Of a stretch of DNA of 64,000 nt, positions 55,448 to 64,000 are shown one piece after another (the stretch's first letter is position 1; every line of letters begins with the position of its first letter). Both the position numbers and the translations under genes were made by a program. Location of the stretch: assembly GCA_044450345.1 (NCBI GenBank), contig JBIOIY010000008.1:8736-72735 (forward strand), read 5' to 3'. The notes below the pieces were generated by a model. The model saw only the letters and a list, made by a program, of their open reading frames with translations. It did not search any database and was not told the origin of the DNA. This DNA is from Thermodesulfovibrionales bacterium (GTDB lineage Bacteria > Nitrospirota > Thermodesulfovibrionia > Thermodesulfovibrionales > UBA6898).

Positions 55448-57949
55448 GTGAATCTTTTATCTTTTCAAAAACCCAGCAGATATATTAACAGCGAGCTGAA
55501 TTCAATCCATAAGAAGGCCCCTGTGAAGGTTGCGCTCGCCTTCCCCGACGTCTATGAGATCGGGATGTCGCACCTGGGACTTAAGATCCTCTACGATATC
55601 ATCAACAAGCTGCCCTTTGCGTCGGCCGAAAGGGTGTTTGCTCCATGGACCGACCTCGAAGAAGAGATGATACACAATAAGACACTGCTCTCTTCGCTGG
55701 AGTCGCGGCTTCCCCTGAGAGACTTCGATATTGTCGGTTTCAGCCTTCAGTATGAGCTGGCCTATACAACTGTCCTGAATATGCTCAGTCTGGGGGGAAT
55801 ACCTATCAAGTCGGAGGAGCGTCTCGGAAAAAAAGCAGGACCACTTGTTATCGCAGGGGGCCCCTGTACCCTCAACCCTTTGCCGATGTCCCCCTTTATC
55901 GACGCCTTCTTTATAGGAGATGCCGAGGAGGCTGTAAAGGAAATCCTGGACATTTATCTCGGATGGAAAGACGGGGGGAGACAGGGAAAGGACAGGCTTC
56001 TCAAGGACCTCTCAGGAATAGAAGGGGTCTTCGTCCCTTCACTCGGTAAAAGCAAAAAGACCGTACGCAGGATCATCCCTTCCCTTGAAGACGCCCCGTT
56101 TCCTGAAAGGCCGGTGCTTCCTTATACGAACATCGTCCATGACAGAGTCAACATCGAGATTGCCAGGGGCTGTTCCATGGGCTGCCGGTTCTGCCAGGCA
56201 GGTATGGCCTATAGGCCTGTTCGCGAGAGGTCCCCGCGGAAGGTGCTCGAACTCGCCGAAAACTCATTGAAAAACACAGGATATGAAGATGTCTCCTTCA
56301 CCTCTCTCAGTTCCGGCGATTATTCCTGCCTCCACTCTTTACTGAAAGAATTCAACAGAAAGTTCGGCGGCCGGAGGATCTCTATCTCGCTACCTTCCCT
56401 GCGTGTCGCATCTGTAAACAGCGATATCCTCAGAGAAATCAGGGCCGTGAGAAAAACCGGTTTCACCATCGCCCCTGAGGCCGGGACAGAGAGGCTCAGA
56501 TCGGTCATAAATAAGGACTTCTCGGAAGAAACTTACCTCAAGGCCCTTGAGGCCCTTTTCAGAGAGGGCTGGCATAACCTCAAGCTCTATTTCATGTCCG
56601 GACTTCCGACGGAGACCGAAGAAGACATCACCGCTATCCCTGAGATGGTCCTGCAGGCGATTAAGATATCGAAGAAACTCACCGGCAGACACGTAAATAT
56701 CAGTGTGGGGGTCTCTTCTTTCATACCGAAGCCGCATACGCCGTTTCAGTGGTTCGGGCAGGACCCTCTGGAGGTCCTGAGAGAAAAAAACAATTACCTG
56801 AAGAAGTATCTCCTGAAGAAAGGCGTTAAATACAAGGGACACAACGAGGAGATGTCACTCCTGGAAGCGGTCTTGGCGCGCGGCGACGAAAGCGTCTCGG
56901 CCCTGATTGAGGCAGCATGGAGAGCGGGATGCCGGCTCGATGCATGGACAGAGGTCTTCGATTTCGACAAATGGAAGAAGGCGATGGATATTTCCGGGAT
57001 CAACGCCTCCGAGTTTGCGGAAAGGACATACCCCCTGGAGTCCCCCCTTCCCTGGGAAAACATCCGGACTGGGGTCACCAAGGAGTATCTTATCAGGGAA
57101 TATCAGAATGCCCTTTCAGGGAATTTTACGGCCGACTGCAGAAAAAGCTGCCACGGCTGCGGACTTAAGTGCGCAGAAGAGAAAACAGCAGACGGTCCGG
57201 CGGAAAACAGCGGGGGAAAGGAACCTTCGGAAGGAGTCCGGGAAAAACTGCCTGCTCGCCCTTACATGAATCGCATTCAATCGCTCGGCGACGAGCCTGT
57301 GAGGATCAGGGTCGAGTATTCAAAGACCGGCAATGCGAGGTACCTCTCCCATCTTGAACTTATGACCGCGATTGTGCGGGCTTTGCGGAGGGCCGGTTTC
57401 CAGTTGAAGTATTCAGGCGGATTTCACCCTTCCCCGAAGGTAGCGCTCGGCCCGGCACTCGGGGTGGGCATCGCAGGCCTCAAGGAATATCTCGACATAG
57501 AAATGACCCCGCCTTTCAGTAAAGAATCCTTTCTGGAAACGCTCAATGGGGTCCTGCCCGAAGGCATCAGGGCAAATAAAATAGTTTTGCTGGACAAGCG
57601 GGAAAAGTCCCTTAACAGTTTTGTTGTAAGATATATCTATGAGATAAAGTCCGCTAAGGGGCTTCACGGTTCCGGATTTTCCGAAAGAAAAGAAATACTT
57701 GTCGAAAGAAAAGAAGAACTCGTTGATATAAAGAAAATGGTGGAAGAAGCAGAGAGACTCGATGAAAACACTTTTCGATTGACGGTCCGCGACCAGGGCG
57801 AACTGAAGGTGAGGCTCGGTGAACTGATGCCGGCGCTTTTTGGGGTCCCTGCGGAGGAACTGGACATCACCCGTTCGGCCGTCTTCGGGTGGAACGGGAC
57901 GTGGTCCGAACCGATAGAGAGCGAGGGGATATGGGCAGCGAGATCCTGA
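55448..57949 (+). CDS. TIGR03960-type B12-binding radical SAM protein fused to TIGR03936/DUF2344 domain
   Basis: FPDVYEIGMSHLG, RGCSMGCRFCQAG, YLSHLEL, YSGGFHPSPK. Confidence 0.9.
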   Translation: MNLLSFQKPSRYINSELNSIHKKAPVKVALAFPDVYEIGMSHLGLKILYDIINKLPFASAERVFAPWTDLEEEMIHNKTLLSSLESRLPLRDFDIVGFSLQYELAYTTVLNMLSLGGIPIKSEERLGKKAGPLVIAGGPCTLNPLPMSPFIDAFFIGDAEEAVKEILDIYLGWKDGGRQGKDRLLKDLSGIEGVFVPSLGKSKKTVRRIIPSLEDAPFPERPVLPYTNIVHDRVNIEIARGCSMGCRFCQAGMAYRPVRERSPRKVLELAENSLKNTGYEDVSFTSLSSGDYSCLHSLLKEFNRKFGGRRISISLPSLRVASVNSDILREIRAVRKTGFTIAPEAGTERLRSVINKDFSEETYLKALEALFREGWHNLKLYFMSGLPTETEEDITAIPEMVLQAIKISKKLTGRHVNISVGVSSFIPKPHTPFQWFGQDPLEVLREKNNYLKKYLLKKGVKYKGHNEEMSLLEAVLARGDESVSALIEAAWRAGCRLDAWTEVFDFDKWKKAMDISGINASEFAERTYPLESPLPWENIRTGVTKEYLIREYQNALSGNFTADCRKSCHGCGLKCAEEKTADGPAENSGGKEPSEGVREKLPARPYMNRIQSLGDEPVRIRVEYSKTGNARYLSHLELMTAIVRALRRAGFQLKYSGGFHPSPKVALGPALGVGIAGLKEYLDIEMTPPFSKESFLETLNGVLPEGIRANKIVLLDKREKSLNSFVVRYIYEIKSAKGLHGSGFSERKEILVERKEELVDIKKMVEEAERLDENTFRLTVRDQGELKVRLGELMPALFGVPAEELDITRSAVFGWNGTWSEPIESEGIWAARS

Positions 57950-59436
57950 TAAACGTTACGAGAGGTGAAACGCGTGTCACCTTGCTTGAAGGCGGACAGG
58001 TCGTCGAATTCTATGTCGAGCGCAAACGCGACGCCAGCCTTGTAGGAAACATCTTTAAAGGCAAAGTCGTGAAGATACTCCCCGGCATGCAGTCCGCTTT
58101 CGTGGACATCGGCCTGGAGAAGGCGGCTTTCCTTTACGTGGCCGACATAAAGGCCGACACCGATGAATACGCCCCCCTCTTTGAAGAGGAAGATAAAGAT
58201 AATCCCCTCGAGGTGATTTCGAGAAAGTGCCGTTCCGAGATGACGATAGAGGAGATAATACAGGAAGGTCAGGAGTTTCTCGTACAGGTGTCGAAAGACC
58301 CGATAGGGTCCAAGGGCGCCAGGGTCACCTCATACATAACCCTGCCGGGCAGATACCTCGTCCTGATGCCGAATGTCGAGCATATCGGCATATCGAGGAG
58401 GATATCGGACGAGGACGAGAGAAACAGGCTCAAGGAGATCGTCGAGAGGATAAAGCCTGCAGGTTTCGGTCTTATCATCAGGACGGCCAGCGAGGATTCC
58501 GCAGAAGAGGACATCCGGAAGGACCTCCATTTTCTCCTTCTTCTCTGGGAAAATCTCGAAGAAAAAAAAGACAGGGTACCCGCCAGGGGCCTTCTTTACA
58601 GCGACCTCGACCTTGTATTCAGGTCCGTGCGTGACCTCATGAGCCAGGACGTCGAGCGGTTGATCATCGATTCGGTGGAAGAGTATAACAGGATCATTGA
58701 GTTTGTGAAGACGTATTTCCCCAAGCTGCTCGACAAAATAGAGTTATACGAAGAGGCCGAGCCGCTTTTCGACGCCTTCGGGATAGAGCTCGATATCTCC
58801 CGCGCGATCGGCAGAAGGGTCTGGCTGAAGTCCGGCGGCTATATCGTCGTCGACCAGACAGAGGCGATGACCGTCATCGACGTAAATACCGGTAAATTCG
58901 TCGGCAAGGAAGGACTGGAAGACACGATCCTCAAGACAAACCTCGAGGCGGTGAAAGAGATCGCATACCAGATAAGGCTGAGGAACCTCGGCGGCATAAT
59001 TATCATTGATTTTATAGACATGGACAAGTCCGAAAACAGGGACAAGCTTTTCAACGCCTTTACCGAGGCTATGAAAAAGGACAGGGCAAAAAACACCATC
59101 TTCCATATATCGGAACTTGGGCTCATCCAGATGACGAGAAAACGCGTGAGGGAGAGCCTGGGCAGAACGCTCAGCACCACATGCCCTTATTGCGAAGGGA
59201 AAGGGTTCGTAAAATCGCCTGACACGCTCTGCTATGAGATCCTGAGGACTATAAAGAAGCTCGCGAGACACGGCAGCCAGAAGATCATCATTACCGCGCA
59301 CCCTATCGTCGCCGAGATGCTCTCGGACGAGGAGATGCTGGGCATAGAAGACGTCGAAAGCAGGTACGGCGTAAAGGTGATTATCAGGGCGGACAACAAG
59401 ATGCACCAGGAAAACTACGAGGTGGGTGCACTGTGA
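57931..59436 (+). CDS. rng: Ribonuclease G/E family
   Basis: ILPGMQSAFVDIG, VIDVNTG, LRNLGGIIIIDFIDM; start MGSEIL. Confidence 0.93.
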   Translation: MGSEILINVTRGETRVTLLEGGQVVEFYVERKRDASLVGNIFKGKVVKILPGMQSAFVDIGLEKAAFLYVADIKADTDEYAPLFEEEDKDNPLEVISRKCRSEMTIEEIIQEGQEFLVQVSKDPIGSKGARVTSYITLPGRYLVLMPNVEHIGISRRISDEDERNRLKEIVERIKPAGFGLIIRTASEDSAEEDIRKDLHFLLLLWENLEEKKDRVPARGLLYSDLDLVFRSVRDLMSQDVERLIIDSVEEYNRIIEFVKTYFPKLLDKIELYEEAEPLFDAFGIELDISRAIGRRVWLKSGGYIVVDQTEAMTVIDVNTGKFVGKEGLEDTILKTNLEAVKEIAYQIRLRNLGGIIIIDFIDMDKSENRDKLFNAFTEAMKKDRAKNTIFHISELGLIQMTRKRVRESLGRTLSTTCPYCEGKGFVKSPDTLCYEILRTIKKLARHGSQKIIITAHPIVAEMLSDEEMLGIEDVESRYGVKVIIRADNKMHQENYEVGAL

Positions 59437-59457
59437 ACAAAAGGGAAGTCGCATATC

Positions 59458-60282
59458 TTGGACAATAAGTTCCCGGACCTTCTCTCTTTGCTGCGCGGAT
59501 GCGGAAGCGCCGTGCTGGCCTTCTCGGGCGGCGTCGACAGCTCGTTCCTGCTCGCGGCGATGAAGACCGCAGATATCAGGATATTGGCGGTCACGGCGGT
59601 CTCCGGGACGATGCCCCGGCAAGACATAGAGAGCTGCGCGTCGTTTATCAGGGAGGTCGGCGTAGACCATCGTTTCATACATACAGAGGAACTTTCGAAT
59701 GAGTCTTTTATAAGCAATACTCCTGAACGTTGTTTTTTCTGCAAGGATGAGCTTTTCAAGAAGTTGAAGGCTATCGCTCGAGAGGGGGGCTTTCGCTATG
59801 TTTTCGACGGCTCCAACTCAGACGACCTTCAGGACTACAGGCCCGGGAGAAAGGCCGCCTCACTCCACGGTGTACGCAGCCCTCTTGCCGAACAGGGCCT
59901 GTCGAAAGGCGAGATCAGGGCATTGTCAAAAGTACTCGGGCTAAAGACGTGGGACAGGCCCTCTTCCCCTTGTCTTTCGTCGCGGTTCCCTTATGGCCGG
60001 AGAATAACCGCCGAAGCCCTGAACCGGGTGGAGCGCGCCGAGGCATTCATCAATTCCCTCGGAGTTCGTGAGGTGAGGGTAAGGGACCACGGGGACTCGG
60101 CACGGATCGAGGTAAACGAAGAAGATATGCCCGCACTTCTTTCTGCTGCCAACAGACGTCTTATAACGGAGACGTTACGGTCCCTTGGATACGCATTCGT
60201 CGCCATGGACCTCGAAGGATACAGGAGCGGGAATATGAACAGGGTGCTTGAAGACAACAATGGGACCGGCATCCGCAATTAA
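59458..60282 (+). CDS. larE: LarE-family ATP-dependent sacrificial sulfur transferase
   Basis: AFSGGVDS, RCFFCK, DYRPG, CLSSRFPYG. Confidence 0.88.
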   Translation: MDNKFPDLLSLLRGCGSAVLAFSGGVDSSFLLAAMKTADIRILAVTAVSGTMPRQDIESCASFIREVGVDHRFIHTEELSNESFISNTPERCFFCKDELFKKLKAIAREGGFRYVFDGSNSDDLQDYRPGRKAASLHGVRSPLAEQGLSKGEIRALSKVLGLKTWDRPSSPCLSSRFPYGRRITAEALNRVERAEAFINSLGVREVRVRDHGDSARIEVNEEDMPALLSAANRRLITETLRSLGYAFVAMDLEGYRSGNMNRVLEDNNGTGIRN

Positions 60283-60308
60283 ATTTGTCTCTGCTTTCTT
60301 ATCATCCT

Positions 60309-61532
60309 ATGCGCGCTGATTTATCGACATACCTCGAAGACCTCTCAAAATGCGTCCGTTGCGGGAGTTGCAAGGCGCCATGCCCCACCTTTGACGATGA
60401 ACCACTCGAGCCTATGGGGACACGGGGGCGTCTCATCCTCCTGCGGGGACTCGTGAAAGGGGAGATCAAACCTTCCCCCCTGCTGAATGAGCGGATCTTC
60501 AGTTGCATCCTCTGCGGGGCCTGTGCCGGTGCGTGTCCTCTTGGGGTCGACATCCCCGAGGCAATGTACCGCGGCAGGGCCTTCCTTAGCAGAAGCGATA
60601 AGAAACGGAGACTCCTAAGGTCAATTGCGAAAGTATCGGCGAAGTGGCCTGATCGGGCCTTCACGATGTTGCGGCTGGGGGAAAGGCTCATTTTGCCCTT
60701 TCTGACGCGAAGGGGGATAATCCCTTTCAGCCCTGAACTCGCCGAGGTACCGTTCAGGAAGAGCGAACAGGTTTATAAGGCCCACAAGAAAAAGGGAAGG
60801 GTCGCCATCTTTGCAGGCTGCTCTACAAATTATGTATTCCCCCACTTCGGCGAGTCTTTGATCAATGTACTCCAAAAATTCGGCTACGAAGTCGTCCTTC
60901 CCAAAGGCGAGACATGCTGCGGGGCGCCGCTGAGGGCGCTTGGGCTCGATCAGGAGGCTGATGAACTCGCGAAAAAGAATTACCGTGTCTTCAGCAGACT
61001 CAAAGTCGATGCGGTGCTGAGCCCCTGCCCGACCTGTACGATGTCCTTACGGACCGAATACCCTAAGACCATCGGCAAGGGACTGGAGAGGGCAATGGAC
61101 ATATCCACTTTTTTCGAGGACAAACTAAAGCACGTTGACAAGATCTACAAGACCTCTTTTTACCACGACCCGTGCCATCTGTATTACGGGCTTGGGGTGA
61201 AAGAGGAACCAAGGGAGATAATAAGAAAATCCGGTCTTGACCTTGTCGGCTCAGGAGAGCAGGGCTGCTGCGGCTTCGGAGGACTCTATTGCCTTTCCTT
61301 CAAAGAAATGTCCTCAGGCCTGCTTCAAAAAAGGGCCGGACGCATCATCGAATCCAATGCCGACATGGTGATCACCTCATGCCCGGGCTGTGTTCTGCAG
61401 CTTAGCAGGACCATCACCGACAGGCCCGTACTCCATCTCATCGAGCTGATCGAGGAGGCCTACTGCTTCAGGGCGGCAGAGAAGTCCGCCAAAGAAAAAA
61501 AAGATATCGAAAAAGAACCGACGCTGTTTTGA
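60309..61532 (+). CDS. Fe-S oxidoreductase (GlcF/CCG-domain)
   Basis: CVRCGSCKAPCP, CILCGACAGACP, two CCG motifs. Confidence 0.88.
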   Translation: MRADLSTYLEDLSKCVRCGSCKAPCPTFDDEPLEPMGTRGRLILLRGLVKGEIKPSPLLNERIFSCILCGACAGACPLGVDIPEAMYRGRAFLSRSDKKRRLLRSIAKVSAKWPDRAFTMLRLGERLILPFLTRRGIIPFSPELAEVPFRKSEQVYKAHKKKGRVAIFAGCSTNYVFPHFGESLINVLQKFGYEVVLPKGETCCGAPLRALGLDQEADELAKKNYRVFSRLKVDAVLSPCPTCTMSLRTEYPKTIGKGLERAMDISTFFEDKLKHVDKIYKTSFYHDPCHLYYGLGVKEEPREIIRKSGLDLVGSGEQGCCGFGGLYCLSFKEMSSGLLQKRAGRIIESNADMVITSCPGCVLQLSRTITDRPVLHLIELIEEAYCFRAAEKSAKEKKDIEKEPTLF

Positions 61533-61666
61533 AGAGCGGCTGAAGAGAACCAGGCTGGGCATCTCCGTTTTTAAGAACTCCCCGGCCGACCGGCCTTCTT
61601 TAATATTTTTATTTGATTCTGATATAATGAAGCAGTTTCGAAACTGGTTTTTTCATTCGGGGGACC

Positions 61667-63217
61667 GTGAAAGCCTGCAGGAAGATAGAAACAGCCTCTA
61701 TTGAGAACCAAATTACATCCTTCGGGACAAAGTCCCGATCATTGCTCACATCCAATAAAGTCATTACTGACCCCGTTCATCAAGTACTAGTTATAATTTT
61801 CTCAATATTCTTTGCGGAGATAATTGCGACTCTGATATTCGCAAAGGTACCGTCTCTTTCACTCTATCAGGCTGTCCTTCTCAACTCATCATTGCTGATA
61901 CTTATCACATCTCCGATTCTTTATTTTATCGTGCTTAGACCATTAAGATTGCATCTCGGTGAGTTCAAGCAGGTGGAGAAAGCATTACTGGAGAGCGAGA
62001 ATTTCTTACAGGCGATTATTGAAACGGCGCCGGAGTGTATAAAGCTCATCTCTTCTGACGGAACATTGCTCGCGATGAACCGAGCGGGGCTGACTATGAT
62101 TGAGGCTGACTCACTCGAACAGGTGAAAGGCAGGTCCGTCTACGGCATTGTCAGTCCGGAACATCGCGATGCATTCAAAAAACTTACGGAAGAAATATTT
62201 CAGGGTAAATCGGGAATGCTGCAGTTTGAGATTATCGGGATGAAGGTCAGACACCTCTGGTTAGAAACTCACGCGGTGCCTCTCTGCAATGAAAAAGGAG
62301 AAGTGGCCTTTCTGCTCGGGATAACTCGTGACATTACCGAGCGAATGCATGCTGAGCAGGCCCTATCTGAAAGCGAAGAAAAATATCGCTCTTTGGTTGA
62401 ATCCACAGATGATTTTATATATGTGGTAGACAGAAATTACAGGTATGTGCATATGAATAAGAAACATATATTAAGGATGGGCTTTTCAGAAGATGACTAT
62501 ATCGGTCTGAGCTACAGCGGGTTCCACACTCCCGAAGAAACAAATGCCTTTATGAGAGATGTCGACAAAGTATTCGAAACAGGAGAGCCCACGCATCATG
62601 AACATAGAAGCCTTAGGGACGGGAGATATTTTGTCCAAACACTCAGTCCGGTAAAAGGCGACACAGGGCAAACAGTGGCGGTGACGATCATTTCAAAAGA
62701 CATCACTGGACACAAGCAAATGGAGGAAAAGCTGCGCACTTTGTCACTCACGGATGAACTCACAGGCCTTTATAACAGGCGCGGATTTTTTACATTTTCC
62801 GAACAGCTATTAAAATCATGCACACGACAGAAGAGAGGAGTATTTTTGCTTTACGCCGACCTGGATAGTCTGAAGGAGATTAATGATACCTTCGGGCATC
62901 ACGCGGGTGACGAGATCTTGGTTGCAGCTGCCGGTATTTTCAAAGATACCTTTAGAGAGTCTGACATCATTGCCCGCATCGGGGGAGATGAGTTCGTAGT
63001 CATCCCGATAGGACGTTCGATAGACGACGTGAAAGTGATCACTGAACGGTTGCGTCAAAACCTTGAAAATCGCAACGCAAGAAAGGACGGTGAGCACCGC
63101 TTGTCAATAAGTTTCGGAACTGCTTATTACGATCCCGAATCTCCCGGTTCAATCGATGAATTGGTAGTCCAGGCGGAAAAACTGATGTACGAACAAAAAA
63201 TAAATAAGAGGCCCTAG
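61667..63217 (+). CDS. Membrane PAS-PAS-GGDEF diguanylate cyclase
   Basis: 2 TM, two PAS/PAC, DELTGLYNRR, RESD I-site, GGDEF. Confidence 0.92.
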   Translation: MKACRKIETASIENQITSFGTKSRSLLTSNKVITDPVHQVLVIIFSIFFAEIIATLIFAKVPSLSLYQAVLLNSSLLILITSPILYFIVLRPLRLHLGEFKQVEKALLESENFLQAIIETAPECIKLISSDGTLLAMNRAGLTMIEADSLEQVKGRSVYGIVSPEHRDAFKKLTEEIFQGKSGMLQFEIIGMKVRHLWLETHAVPLCNEKGEVAFLLGITRDITERMHAEQALSESEEKYRSLVESTDDFIYVVDRNYRYVHMNKKHILRMGFSEDDYIGLSYSGFHTPEETNAFMRDVDKVFETGEPTHHEHRSLRDGRYFVQTLSPVKGDTGQTVAVTIISKDITGHKQMEEKLRTLSLTDELTGLYNRRGFFTFSEQLLKSCTRQKRGVFLLYADLDSLKEINDTFGHHAGDEILVAAAGIFKDTFRESDIIARIGGDEFVVIPIGRSIDDVKVITERLRQNLENRNARKDGEHRLSISFGTAYYDPESPGSIDELVVQAEKLMYEQKINKRP

Positions 63218-63540
63218 GAGTAAAAAAAGGGGAACCCAAGGACGATAGAGCTTCCGAACTGACGTTAAATCCTCCCCAAAGTCCGTCTCTATAACGGTAT
63301 GAATTTCTTCCGGAAGCAATGCGACATCAAAAAACTTCATCCGGTAGGTGGGGGGCAAAGGTGATGGCCGGTAGGAAAAAGTACTTTCTGCAAGTTTTAT
63401 CCAGGGAACGTATCGTAAAAGTGCACAGGTGAAACAGGAACCATACTGTTGCAATGCCGGGTATTCCATGGTAATTATGAGGGTACTATGACGCATATAC
63501 TCCGGAGGAGAGGGTTGTCGTGGGAGCAGGTGGGCAACGG

Positions 63541-63861
63541 ATGTCTACTCTAACGCTCGCAACCGGCGTATTTGTTCTGTTTGGCGCTGTTCTCCTGCTC
63601 ATTGCCATCTTGCGGAGTAGGAAGATCCGGAGTATTGTCCCCCCCGAACTGCAGCGCCGATGGCGTATGATGGTCGCTTTGATGCTCTTTTTTCTCGCCG
63701 GCTATATTTGCCTTATCATTATTCTTGTAAAACACTTAGCATTACCCATCGAACTGATCACGGGCCCTGTGTTTATGGGTGGCGCCTTCTTCGTTTTCAT
63801 CGTGATTAACCTCACTCGCGGCACAATCGTCAGGATACGGTCAACTGAGGAAGAACTGCGA
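63541..63861 (+). pseudogene. N-terminal membrane sensor part of a signalling gene interrupted by IS200-family insertion
   Basis: MSTLTLATGVFVLFG...3 TM...IRSTEEELR runs directly into the IS end. Confidence 0.65.
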
Positions 63862-64000
63862 ATGAACAACCCCGCAGCAAGCTGCGAGGTATCAAATACC
63901 ATGAATATGTTAATCAAACAGTTTGAGTTGATCTCGATGTATTATCTGATAGTCTTTCCCTTGGCTTTTCACATAATTCGCTATTACTTGTTCATTGCCA
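63862..64000 (-). mobile_element. Right end of IS200/IS605-family element
   Basis: Subterminal hairpin GATACCTCGCAGCTTGCTGCGGGGT then TGTTCAT, downstream of tnpA stop. Confidence 0.8.
63910..64000 (-). CDS. tnpA: C-terminus of IS200-family Y1 transposase (partial)
   Basis: GNEQVIANYVKSQGKDYQIIHRDQLKLFD-stop; YxxxQ catalytic helix. Confidence 0.75.
   Translation of the reverse strand, partial: GNEQVIANYVKSQGKDYQIIHRDQLKLFD

Noticed and set aside
58744..59682. 312-aa minus-strand ORF
   Set aside because: Antisense shadow of rng/larE.
63149..63496. 115-aa minus-strand ORF
   Set aside because: Overlaps the diguanylate cyclase end and has no recognisable domain.

Overview
Bacterial chromosomal window. 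Gene content and order (hfq-miaA-mutL, ccsA-hemA-hemC, rpsB-tsf-pyrH-frr, class II nrdJ, multiheme cytochromes, Desulfovibrio-type metal-binding adk) suggest an anaerobic Nitrospirota/Thermodesulfovibrionia-like or deltaproteobacterial organism (inference). Housekeeping blocks alternate with accessory hotspots. (1) 1-12.5 kb: two tandem 30-aa-repeat proteins, a repeat-flanked DUF559 pseudogene, and a candidate defence island on the minus strand (TM0106 RecB/Cas4-like nuclease, 148-aa unknown, Z1-domain helicase-like protein, m5C methyltransferase, Vsr, HNH endonuclease), followed by ORF6N, four-helix-bundle and MNT-HEPN debris. (2) 12.4-16.5 kb: a Rieske/cytochrome b/pentaheme cytochrome c cluster plus HtrA, bracketed by a 104-bp direct repeat of a gene 3' end. 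(3) 32.6-35.9 kb: a FecR-OmpA-CHASE2/HD-GYP cassette. (4) 47.6-50.1 kb: toxin-antitoxin genes and a second, hollowed-out TM0106 copy whose interior is replaced by an ORF6N fragment. (5) At the right edge, an IS200-family element interrupts a membrane sensor gene; two non-autonomous relatives lie elsewhere in the window. No rRNA, tRNA, CRISPR array, integrase or reverse transcriptase was recognised. All family calls come from motif recognition by eye, without database searches.
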